From Neodothiora populina (lineage: Eukaryota): 64,000 nt of DNA. The notes beneath the pieces are model-generated. The model was not told the origin of the DNA, ran no database searches, and saw only the letters and a list, made by a program, of their open reading frames with translations. The translations under genes were made by a program, and so were the position numbers. Below are positions 1-12,643 of this stretch, in pieces (within the stretch, counting starts at the first letter, position 1; the number at the start of each line of letters is the position of its first letter). The stretch lies in assembly GCF_041146345.1 (NCBI RefSeq), contig NW_027191408.1:930001-994000 (forward strand), in the 5' to 3' direction.

Positions 1-205
1 TTAGCGTGGCTGGCTTATTACGCGATGCGACTGGACGTCATGGTTGTGGAGTACTGAGGACTGTTGTGCACAGAATACAGCAGCACAACACTCATACTAC
101 ACGTGTACGGTATATAGCTATAGTATATTGACTAAGGTAGCAATAGATTTGTTGTCTGAACGCTGACGCATGGTCTGAGTGATAGAACAAAAAAACTCTT
201 CTGAC

Positions 206-2267
206 CTATTTCTGACCAGAATACTCTGCGCACTTCTGTGCGAAATGGCCCTTGACCTCTTCCGCCAGCTTTCCCGTCGTGTCTGCGACGATCGCACTGA
301 CAAGCGAATAATTATTGACAAGGAATCTTTCCCTTTTCTTGACCTCTGCAAACCCTTTACTCATCTTGAGCAAAAACGCCTCAAAATCATTACGTAGTCT
401 GCCGAGACTGTTATGCACGGGTTCGTCGTCACCGGCTTCACCGCTGAGCGCCAGTATACCTTGAGTGAAGATTGCGAATTGCTGAGTTATGGGATGTGGT
501 GCAATCGACTGTGGGTTTGCAGAGCTCGTCAAACTCAACGCTGATCCAACTGGCTTTCCGGCCAGGGCAGTTGTGTGACGTCGGAGCGACTCGCAGTGCA
601 TGTCCATGACAATCTGGAAGCGAGGCCATAGCAACATGCCTGTCCCGAAGATGTATCCTTCCAGTGAAGGCACCTTTCTCCGCTGTAGTTCGAATGCAAA
701 GTGTTGATTGAGCCGCACGCATATCAGCACACCAAGAGCGTCTGCATTGGGATCGATGAGCTGCTTGGTCAACGCGTAACCTAGCGCCAGTGTGGGCTCG
801 AATATCTCAGTGAACATGCGATTGACTGCATGGAAAGATTGCTTTGCAAAGAACTCCGTCAAAAACGAGAATTCGGCAGAGGCATTATCAACGAGCGCCA
901 AATTGAAGGCGCGGAATGGCACTTCGAGATAGTGCGTCGACCTGTCCTCTTCCGCCACGCTCGAGGTCATAGCATGTGTCGCCGTGCTGCGCAGTATATC
1001 CATCCGACGACCGAGCGAGAAGGCATCGTGCGGTGCGGTGGCTGGCTTCGACCCTCCGAGCATGCCCGTCCGTTTGGTGGCGTCATCGTTGGCTAATGCT
1101 TCGGTTCTTTCAATCACATGGATCCGAAGCTTTTCTATCGAGCTTTTATACCGCGTGAAGTGGTGTAGATAGTACCATCTCATAGTGTTGATGTAAGCCT
1201 TGCTGATCTCTTCGCCCAATTGCGGCTGATCTCGGGACAGGAAGGCAAAGGCATCTTTGTAGCGCAGGAAAGCATTACGCTGCAACACTTGGGCGTTGAC
1301 TGCTGGAGCTCGTAGAGCCTTGATCTGCGTGACAACATGATCCCGGACACGCTCGGTGGCCTTGTCTTTGAGGTTGCCAATCAAGGGCCTCAAGTCTGAC
1401 ACGCCTTTGGAGTCTGCGCCGGACTTTGTCTTGAGGTCGATTATCTTGGCCCTCTTCTCCAATTCGGCCAGCGCCTTGATCCATGCATCATCAATGGGTC
1501 CATCGGTGATTTTGCGAACAGTAGCAGGAGCGATGCTTAGGGAGTCGACTTCGGGTCCTAGCAGCTTTTCGACGTCTTTGCGGCTTTCTAGTCTGGTGTT
1601 CAGCGAGGCGGAGCGTTGTTGCAGCGTCTCGATCTCGGCAGACACAGCGGCGAGGTCGGCCTGGAAACTGTGCAGATACGTCTCGACCGACTTCAAGACC
1701 TCGTCGCACGCTGAGATGGATTGGTGCAGGTCCTCAAATTTGCTCTTCTCCTTTTCGTCTGGGCGGATTCTGAGTAGGAAATTCGCAAGGGGTAAGGATG
1801 GTCGCGTACATACACTCTTGAAAAGACTGCGAATCTTCCGGCTCGTCTTGCTGCGCAGGGGCCGTGACAGATTGCGTGTCCACAAATTCTTGCAAGCTTA
1901 ATTGTCCAAAATCTATCTGGTCGATGAGCTCCTGACGTTGTTGCGATTCGGAGCGAGTGTCATCCTCCTGCGCATTGCCGGCGAAGGAAGGTCCAAGGAT
2001 ATCTCGGAGTACATCCACAGGGTCGGGAGAGGCGTCAGTGGTCGGCGCATCCAATTGATTCCTCAAGCTAGATGCGTTAGGCTGCCTCGCCTCACGGGGA
2101 AGGCTGTCGCTCGAGCCATTGGTCAGAAGCGACAAGGTGGATGCTCGCGGCGAGAGTCCTGGTCTGTTCGGAGAGGAGTTTGGGCCGAGATGACTGGGTC
2201 GTCGTTGTGGTAGTGGTGAGGCTGATGTCGCAGGCGACGAGTGCCCACTGTAGCGATTCAACCACAT
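206..2267 (-). CDS. VPS52: GARP complex subunit Vps52/Sac2 (2 exons; intron 1813-1759)
   Basis: Two ORFs are joined by a GTATGT...CCCAG intron. Vps52-type sequences include FEDLHQSISACDEVL, FQADLAAVSAEIETLQ and FNLALVDNASAEFSFL. Confidence 0.92.
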
Positions 2268-2640
2268 GCCATGTATGTAAACCTATATATTGACGTCTAT
2301 GTTGATTACTGGTATTGTCGTGTGAGATGTCTAGATCTATTATGAATCACGGGGTCTTCCGTTTTCTGATCAGACGTCGCTTCGTACAGTTGTACAGTGG
2401 GCATTATTATTTACAAACAAAGGTATGAAGGGGATCGAAGATGCGAGATGATAACAACGCCAGTCCGGGGGCATCTATGCTTCACAGCACGTACGATAGC
2501 ACGGTACCACTACTGCTGGAGTAAAGGGTCGGTCCCTGAGTGCAAGGTACAGTACAATGATGAGGTACAGTACAAGTAGCTTCGTTCCCCCACCAGGTAC
2601 TGTACCCCCTTCGAGCCCGCCCTCTTAGCCAAGTGCAGCC

Positions 2641-2642
2641 TG

Positions 2643-2685
<43 letters not shown>

Positions 2686-2687
2686 CT
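2641..2687. repeat. (TGGCTC)n hexanucleotide microsatellite, about 8 copies
   Basis: Perfect tandem repeat read directly in the divergent VPS52/eIF5A intergenic region. Confidence 0.95.
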
Positions 2688-3118
2688 GTTGCTCCACGCA
2701 GTCGAGTCCGAAGTCGAGTCCGCAGCTTGTCGCACAGTACAGTACAAGTGACTGTCTTGGCACTGTACAACAAGCTGTAAAGCTACTTGTAGCTTACACT
2801 AAGCTAGCCCAGGCTGGACCACAGCAGTGAATGGCCCACAGTAAGGGCGAGGGATTGCAGGGTAAGCGCAGAATGCAGTAAAAGTGAATTGCAAGGACGG
2901 AACAATCTCGGGTGTCAGCCTGGGGCTTGGCAACTCAAGGTGGGGTCAAGATTTGCCATTCGCTATTTCCAATGCTCCGCACTGGTCACTTTCACAGCTT
3001 CAGAAGAGTAAATTTGTGATCTCGACGCTTTTGCCCTTTCAACTTCTCTTCATCGCTAAAACCAGTTTTTTCCCATTCTACTTCAACCCCCTCTTCAACC
3101 CCTCAAGAGATCTTCAAA

Positions 3119-4028
3119 ATGGCCGACGACGCACAGGTATGTTATATCTCGTGCCCCCCTTTGTCTTCGTCCAAAATGCGCTCGATTGCCAATGTTGTAT
3201 TGTCTTGTGCCCACCTCAAGTCTTTGCGAGGGGAGGTGCGAGTCCGACACGGCCAGATTGGGCGCCACGGCGCTGCTGCGCACTGTAACTCACCGCACCG
3301 CAACCACGCACCACCGCCTCGCCTCGCCTCGACTCAGCCCTTTCCCATCTCATCGAGCGCCAGACCCATCGAGAAGCGACAGACATGTCCATCATCACCA
3401 TCACCATCATGCACCACCAACTAACTTGCGATCTCTGTAGCACGAGCACACCTTCGACTCCGCCGATGCTGGCGCTTCCACCACCTTCCCCATGCAGTGT
3501 TCTGCTCTGAGGAAGAACGGTCACGTCGTCATCAAGGGCCGCCCTTGCAAGATTGTCGACATGTCCACCTCCAAGACCGGCAAGCACGGTCACGCCAAGG
3601 TCCACATGGTCGCCATCGACATCTTCACCGGCAAGAAGCTTGAAGATCTCTCTCCCTCCACCCACAACATGGATGTCCCCAACGTCTACCGTCGCGAGTA
3701 CCAGCTCGTGAGTGTTTACTGAAGAAGCTACTCTTTCGCAGACAGAATTCGCTGACACGCTGCCTATCTAGCTCGATGTTACCGATGACGGTTTCCTCTC
3801 GCTCATGCACGACGATGGCACCACCAAGGACGACGTCAAGATCCCCGACGGTGAGATTGGCGAGCGCATCAACAAGCTCTTCAAGGAGCAGGAGAAGGAC
3901 ACCAGTAAGTCATGCAGTCCGAGAAGAAGAGCAGCCAAATAGCTAACATTGACTCTACAGACGTCATCATTCTCACTGCCATGGGTGAGGAGGCTTGCAT
4001 TGACGCCAAGGAGGCCCCCAAGTCTTAG
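3119..4028 (+). CDS. HYP2: Translation factor eIF5A (exons 3119-3136, 3441-3707, 3772-3904, 3961-4028)
   Basis: Hypusine motif [12 protein letters not shown]. Canonical splice sites restore a continuous frame, and codon bias is strong. Confidence 0.97.
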
Positions 4029-4817
4029 ATGATTTGCATACAATCTCTTTTTTGGAGACAAAAAACGCTCTTGCGCCATTGCCTCTACGCGGAACGAGAA
4101 TCCTCGGACAATCGCCCCAGTCTCGACTTTTTGGGTGCGATTTATTCTTTGTAGTGATGCGAAGAATAGCGTCTGATCTCGCTCTCGTTCTCAATCTCGG
4201 CGAGGTTGAATGGTAGTTCTCACCTTGCCGTCTTTTTCACAGCGAGCCAATCTCGTGCTCGCTCAGACAATATATTGTCACGAAGCCATGGTTCATAAAA
4301 TCTAGTCAATGCAGATCCTTTTTCCCAATAGACATGCCCTATTTGGTGTTATACCAAGCTCGTACGACGGCACTCTGTATATGTGAGGCTCTGCGTGCCT
4401 ACGTGCATGATATGATATGTGATAAGAAGCTATAGCTCCGCTGTACTTGGCTGTGCCGACTGTACCTCAAACAGCTTCTGCACATCAATGTCGAGGTGAG
4501 GGGTAATTTCCATAAGATACGTAGTAGTCTAAGCTCAAGCGGGCATGACCACAGCCATTGGTTCATACTCGTCTTACGTTGTCTCGAAAACAGATCTGTG
4601 CCTGTACTTGTGAAATGCCTTAGGTAGCGCATCCGGTGGGAAATCGTTGACTGAATGTGAAGCCCAAACCCCCCCATTTCTCACATGATATTTTCTGGCA
4701 CGTTTCCAGCGTTCACAACACTCCATCTAAACCCCGCCACCAGCTTGTCTCACGTCACAGTCGGACTGGACACGGCGTGATTCCATCATGAATCACGCAG
4801 CATTGAAAAAGACATAG

Positions 4818-6651
4818 ATGGACTTTGAGTGCGAGTCGGGCAATTGCGGCTCTACCTCTTTTCGCGTGGGCGATGATGGTTACACCTATTGCTCCGAGGG
4901 TCATAGACAGCTTTCTGTAAGACATACGAAGTTGCGGCTTTTCATTGTGGAATCATGTTCTGATCAAAATCTTGCTTCCATAGAGGGGAACACAATTCGC
5001 CGAAGAGAATGAAGGCGCGCCGCAATTCGGTCGGAAAGCCAGGAGATTAGGAGAAGAAGAGGAGGCGATAGATACAGGTGAGCTAAACAATCATCAAACT
5101 GACTTGCGCCTTTTGTGAATACTCGCTGATTGTTCTTTGCACAAAGCTCTGACTGGCAAGCGCGCTTTCGAGCATTACCTGCTGTGCTTTCAGCTTGTCC
5201 TTTGGAAGCAGGTCCATTGGTTGATATCTGTGAAAAGCTTTCCGGTTGAATTTGAGGTATTTCTTGTGCAAAAGCCTATATAATCCACTAGGTGATCTGC
5301 GCTGACGAATTAATATGATAAGACTATGGTTCGTGACCTCTGGGCTCTACGCCTTCAGACACTGCAGTCACGAGCAACTTACGAGTCCGAGAGCGAAGCA
5401 GAGCATAGCTCCCAGCTATGGAGTTCTCAATCTGAAGCCGAAGCTACCGATGCCAGCACCAAACGGAAGTCTCGAAGGAGTAAGATTGATGCAATCCCTC
5501 AGCTCGTCGATGCTGTTAGCTTGTGCTACATTGGATCTCTGTTGCTTCGCCTTCCAGTTGCCGTCAATGATTATCACCAATGGATCGCGAGCGGCGATCT
5601 GATCTACTATAGAGCGGTGACTACGCTCTCGCCTTCCATGAAGTTGAGGTTGCCTTTCAACTTCAGTCAGGCCCTAGATCCTCAGAACATCCTCAAGGCT
5701 AGCAGTCTGCACAAAGCTGTCATAGATAACATTACCGCTTACAGCTCAAGTTTCGGCATGCGCGTGCCTCCGCTGAACCATATTCTGCTACTATATCGAT
5801 GGATGGGCGATTTGGCACTACCATTAGAGGTGTATGCCGCCGTCTTACGAATTGCCAAATTGATCGACGTCCACTTCGACTACGAGGTCGAAGGTCAACG
5901 GAGACCAGCAAGGTTTCTTGTGCTGAGACTCGCCGAGGCCAAGCTCATGTCTCTGATCGTGGTCGCAACGAAGCTACTCTTTCCCATGGACGGGGGAAAA
6001 CGGTATCCTAGAAAGCCTACAGAACTCGCGGCACTAGCTATGGACTGGTCCATCTGGACATCATCACGAGAGCAGCACGAGCAGTCGGAAAAAGACACGC
6101 AGCGTCTTGGCTATGAAGATGCGTTGCGGATATCAGAAAGCGATGTTTTGGAGATGTCGGATGACAAGCTTGATGACTACATGGACTGGTATGGAAGCAC
6201 ATTCGCCGTTGAGCATGTTCGCGAGCATGGACGTGCTAGCAAAGAAGCAGAGTTCAGGCGCGCTATGTTTCGCTACTTCCCTATAGATCGTGCGCCAGGT
6301 GAAACTGAGCAAGAGGCTCGAGAGGAACAGGTCTCGGATGATTTGACTCGTTTACGAGGAGATCGCATCAAGGAGGTCCAATCTGCGCTGAAGCCGCTAC
6401 GGGTCAGACAGGATGGCGATACGATGAGAGATGGAGAGGTCATACAACGGCCTGGCAGTCACTACAAGCGCTTCAGATCGGTTAACGAACTTTCGGGTTA
6501 CGCTGAAGAGTTCTACAAAGAAGCTGCCAAGGTGTCCGGACTTGGGCTCGACTCTCTTGTTCGTGCGGTCTTCACAATGGAGAAAAGGATCGAGGACTTG
6601 GAGGCCAAAGCTCGCAAAGCTGACCAGAGTTCTCATATGGTGGAAGGGTAA
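4818..6651 (+). CDS. RRN7: RNA polymerase I core factor subunit Rrn7 (TAF1B-like), 4 exons
   Basis: N-terminal zinc ribbon C-x4-C...C-x2-GH. The spliced segment YLLCFQLVLWKQVHWL...FETMVRDLWALRL is typical of fungal Rrn7. Confidence 0.85.
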
Positions 6652-7181
6652 TGGTGCTGTTATATCTAAAGCCAGTGGCAACTACAGTATTGTCAGAGAA
6701 AATGCCCTTTTGTCAAGGAAGGAACTTGTACGATGCTGTGTCTCGCATCTGATTGGCTTTCTGTGCGTGATGGGAACTACATCACAGGAGAGATCCTACA
6801 CTATTCAATGCGACGAATCAAATCTAGTAGTGATTGCGACTGGACCAGTGCATCCAAGTCGTCAAGCAGTACTTACTGTGCAAATCGAAATCTCAACATG
6901 AGTCATCTGAACATTTATCTGAAGAACATGCAATATCTCTGAACCTATTAGTATCTTTCTATCAGTGACGGTAGGGTACATTACAGTACAATACAATACC
7001 TAAGGTAGGCTGTTGTCAGGGTTCTGACGTGAGTGGGGTGCGTGAAGTGCAGGAACGGAGAATCGGACTCGTTAAGCGGACGCTTGGACCAGCTCCCACT
7101 TCACTGATTTTGAACTTCGACAGACACACTCTTTGTGAATCCGTGACCGACGACCTTCAGACGACCCGAGGAACCGCAACC

Positions 7182-8019
<838 letters not shown>

Positions 8020-10350
8020 ACTATTCGTTTCACTGCTGCTGCTGCTGGTTATGGGAGAAGGCGTTTGGGAAAGTTTCATGATCTGAGAGTAGTGATTTTA
8101 TTAGCTCATCAGAAATGTCATCACGTTCTCCCGCTTTGATTGAAAAAAAGAAGCAAAAAAAAAGATGATGATCCTCTTCTCTTTTTTGTCCATTGGTGAT
8201 TGTGACGAATGTGCATATGGATCGCATTGGATTTCCCGATCACTACGACGAGTCGCCCAGCTTAATCTTGAATACTTTGCAATTTCTGCCCAAACTGCGA
8301 CAAGAGTACCACACAACCACAACCACAGCAAAAAAAAACCTACCCTATGCGCAAACGACTACACCGACGAAGGCCTTACCCACCGTCCAAACCCAAATCC
8401 CCATTGTCTACCACTACTACGAATCACAAACCAACCACAACCCTCCATGGTTTAATGCTCGTCTCTGTCTCCGCTACTTATTATACACGCACAGCCCACC
8501 GGCGCAATATTATGAGATTACCACTCACTCGCTTGTTTCGTGTTTGGCTTTGGATAAGGTAAATACAGTGACGTGATGGAATAGTTGGTAAGATATGCGA
8601 CGCTCGCGAACGAGAACTACTGTGTGATCGAGCGGTAGAATGAATAGCTGAATCATTCGTATCGACCATGTCAACTTTACGAGGTACGCGACGACGAGAA
8701 ACCTCGAGCAGGTCAAATAGTTGATGGTCACTAGCTCTTCGGTTCTCATGTAGACGAGCACGAAGGAGGAGCAACTGAGTAACTCGTTACTTGCAAAGGG
8801 TAATGGTTCATATTTAATGGATGGAGAGAGGGAGGGTGATATGCGCTGTTCGTGTAGCTTTCTCTTGCGTATCGTACTTTGCCTGCCTTGGTCTACATCG
8901 ACTACATCGACTACTACGGCGCGAGTACAGATCGCTACCGTAGCTATATAAAACGTTGAGCGCACACTCCCTCCAAGCTCTATGACATCCAAACGCTATG
9001 CTCCCATCAAAGAATAGTAGGGAGAAATGCAAAGTAAAACAATGGAAGGCAAAGCAAAGATAAGAGGACTAAGGACTACAAATGGGCTTTCTCTTGCCCC
9101 AACTTTGAAGCGAAGCCGAAGCGAGAGGTGGCTGGCTAGCTGGCTGACTTGCTTGCTAGGCTTGCGTGCTGGGCTGGTTATCTTAGTCAACTAGCTGGCT
9201 GGCTGGATAGCTGGCGTAAGTGGACTCGTGGATCAAGGAAACAGAATAAGCAGGTTTGGACACAGGGTATCACACTGCAGCATCATACTGCACAGCACTG
9301 TAGGATAACTAGAAGAAGGTCTGTATATGGTACGGTCAGGTCAGGTATAGATTGTGAAGCAAGGTAAGATCGAGGTGTGATGAATGCAATGCATGTACTG
9401 TATTACAAATTCATATCTTTGCTTTATTCATTCGAAAATGAATGTTGACGGGGAGGCATTGTGCATGCTACTGTATCTTTTCTACTCAGAATAGGTGAAC
9501 AATGTTTGAGTAGTCATACAGTAGCAGCCAAAAAAAAGGTCCATCAGCCGATCCAAAGCCAGCCGTGATATCATAAAAAGATCGGAATCACAAGCGAGCG
9601 AGTCCCTCGATCAGATGTCAAGAAACGCGTGAGAAGGATCGATGATACTACTGTACAACTACCCCAACCAGCAGCCAACAGCAGTCGAGTACAGCAAGGT
9701 ACAGTAGGCCGGGGACTTTGTTCGCAGAAACGCCAATAGTGGGTGACGTGATGTAGACAAGTAACTGAGGTAACTAGAAACAGTCTTTTCGCGACTCGCC
9801 GAGTCGTGTTCCCCCGACAGGTTCTTTTGACTCGATCGTGTCGACGTGCCCCTTTTCCATTTCTGTGATTGCATTTCACTATATTGCTACCGGAGACAGA
9901 GAGGGCACAGCGCGTATGAATGGTTTTCCGAATAGACATCGGCAATGCGTTCGTTGGGTCTTCCAGCGCTTACTCGCTGGTGGTGAGCGGCATTTCGCAT
10001 CTGCTCTGCTGGTGAAAGCCGACTCGACTAATGCAAAGGGTTTGTGCTTTGCATTAACCCATGCAGGCAGAACCCGAGACTTGTTTAACCAGTTTCATGC
10101 AGCGATTGGTTAAAGCCCTCATAAGAAACAAATGACTATATTCTCACTTTGCTGCCATGAGATAGTGATACATATGCTTTTCTTGCAAGTCTAGCTCCTA
10201 CATATATGAATGAATTGATTGTTCTGTATAACCATATTACTCGAGAAAAGAAAGTTTGCCTTGGCGATCGTCACGGCTCATAAATACAGTACGGCCGCTG
10301 ACCCGCCCCGGGGCTTGCCTTTAAGGACGTGTGTGTGAGAAGCAAAGGGT

Positions 10351-10380
10351 AAAACGCGCGACGCGCTCACGCATTCGCGA
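10351..10380 (+). promoter_or_regulatory. Cluster of CGCG-core (MCB/SCB-like) elements upstream of the TOS4-like gene
   Basis: AAAACGCGCGACGCG...TTCGCGA lies about 500 bp upstream of the ATG. TOS4 is an established G1/S (MBF) target in yeasts. Function here is inferred. Confidence 0.5.
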
Positions 10381-10867
10381 CTTTTGGGCGGGCCTTGGGA
10401 GGGCCCAGAGAGAGAGAAACCTCGTTTCATTCCAGATTGAAAGCATTGAACACTCTCTCTTTTTTTCCCTTCCCTCTTTTTATTACACGTCTGAAGGACC
10501 GAGTATCTTTCTTTCTTGTCTTATTCATAGTCCTTGACCGTCAAGGGCGAGAAGCTTGCACGCTCCTTATATATCCTTCAGTTCGGGGATCTGCTTCGCT
10601 GACGAGTATTCCCCGTCTTGTACACCGTCGCGTGTGTGTGCACTTCCTGCCCGGACACAGTGATCGAGAAAGGCGGTGGGGATATAATTTCGAGGAACTA
10701 ATTGACTTGACCGCTCAACCTGCCTTGTCTATCATAGCTTGCAGATCCGGCGTAGCAGGAATCAAAGACGCGACTGTGTCCAAAGTTGCAGCAGCAGCAG
10801 AACGGAACCAAGCGTACACACTCACGATTCACGCATGCTCGCAGGTATTTCATAAGCCAAGCCAACC

Positions 10868-12643
10868 ATGGACGAGCTTGACAATGGAAGAGGAGTCAGA
10901 GGAAGCATGTTCCCTACGTGTTCTTCCTCTGTTTCTTCTTGCGCTCCCTCTTCTCAAGAGCAGCGGCAGCAGCAGCAGCAGCAAAAGCCGCAGCCGGCGA
11001 GGCGGCCTTCGCTGCTCCCGGCTTTCGAACCTTGCATGTCGTCTTCCCCAGTCGGTCTACCAAAAACCATGAAACGCAAGTTCGACCAACACAACGAAGA
11101 AGACCAAGACGACGCGGTAATAATCGAAAAGCTCAACGCCCGAAAATACTACCCCACCCCAGTCCCGACATCTTCGACTGGCATTCTTCCTTCGTCGCCG
11201 GACATGCGTGTCACGCGTCCGAAGCTTCAACGTGACGTATCCAGCCTATCCGAGCGTGCACCACTTGGGGCTGTTCCAACCCTCCGCCTCCACACCAATG
11301 GTGACCCTGTTCTCATGGGACGTTCGAGCAATTCTTCCGATTATCAATTGTCTGCAAATCGTCTCATCTCCCGCGTCCATGTCCGCGCAACCTACCATGC
11401 TCCCGAGGGATCTCGATTGCAAGGTGAAGTCGTCGTCGAGTGTGTGGGTTGGAATGGAGCAAAGATACACTACCAAGGTTCTGTCGTCGAGCTCGCTAAG
11501 GGCGAGAGCTTCGTTTCGCAGAAGCCGGGTACCCAGATCATGGTCGACGTCCAAGAAACGCGTGTTCTGCTGGCTTGGCCGAGGTCGACGTCCGATGAGG
11601 ATACTCCCGATTGGGGTTGGCAAGAGGCCTCACCGACGAATAGAACCAGTGCCGAAGCTGCCCAGAGGATCGCGTCGAGTCCACCACCATTGCTGCCGAG
11701 TATGCAGTCGCCGATTTCGCCCTCGCCTGATGCCCACGACATCGATGCCAGTTTCGAGGAAACCTTCATTGCCAACGACGACGGTGTCATCAGTGGTACG
11801 CCAGTACAGGTCTATGAAGACCATGCGACGCCCGAGGACGACGAGGAGTACGAGGAGGAGCTTCCCGGAATGCGAACACCTGTCCCGATCAGCAGAGGAT
11901 CTCCTGTGCAATCGAAAACCTCGACCCCTAGCAAAACCCCAAGAGCAGTCCCAGTCGAAACAAGTGGCTCTGCTGAGCCGGAGGAGCTTTCCGAACATGA
12001 CGAGGAGAATGATCCTATCGTGCACTCGTTCGGCCCCTTTGGTGAAAACCTTCTCTCGCGTTTTGAGTCTTTCACCTCGACTTCGCCTGATCGACGTCGC
12101 CATCCCCTCAAAACTTCACTAAATGCCAACACCTCACCACGCATCATGCCGTCCGAATTGAGTACCATTCGTCAAAAGACCGCATCGCCCGTCAAGGCTA
12201 TGCTTGATTCGTCGCCCGTCAAGAACCATGTGATAAATCAACTGGCCTTTTCTCGCGTACACTCCTTACCTCTGTCAACCATCTTCAACAACCTGCCGTC
12301 GGATATGAAAGGTGGAAGGAAGCTTGACAACCTGCCGGCACTGTCCGCGGAGCACGTCAAGAGCATGATGGATAGGATCCCATGTGTAGGTGAGATTCGT
12401 CGCCAAGGCAAGGACGCTGCTGGTAAGGCTCTGGAGGATGAGTTCTACTATGTCCCAGAGATGGACACTGACGAGCACCGTCGTGCTGCTGTGAGCATCG
12501 CGAAGCCGCCTTTGAGAGCAACCAGGAAACAACACAAGGTATGTCGTGTCTCCCATCTTTTCTTGTTCATCCATCTTCACCGCTCGGTTTTCTGTAGTCT
12601 GACATGTTACTAGCAATACTACTGGAAGAAGCCGCGTCACTAA
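10868..12643 (+). CDS. TOS4: FHA-domain transcriptional regulator Tos4/Plm2-like (intron 12539-12613)
   Basis: FHA motifs MGRSSNSSDYQL and ISRVHV. Conserved C-terminus GKDAAGKALEDEFYYVPE...RKQHK|QYYWKKPRH. Confidence 0.85.

Noticed and set aside
2482..2830. Short ORFs with EPEPEP, ARARAR or GSGSGS runs
   Set aside because: These are translations of the (TGGCTC)n microsatellite.
3137..3440. Long (304-nt) first intron of eIF5A as a possible ncRNA host
   Set aside because: No C/D or H/ACA boxes or aptamer recognised. Long first introns are common in highly expressed fungal genes.
9595..9722. Minus-strand AAAGTCCCCGG ... GGGACTC resembling the RNase MRP P4 helix
   Set aside because: The spacing looks too short and I could not find the other conserved regions or P1-P3. 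An RF00030 search would be needed.
10395..11072. 225-aa ORF overlapping the TOS4 start
   Set aside because: Non-ATG start, UTR-like composition and out of frame with a well-supported gene.
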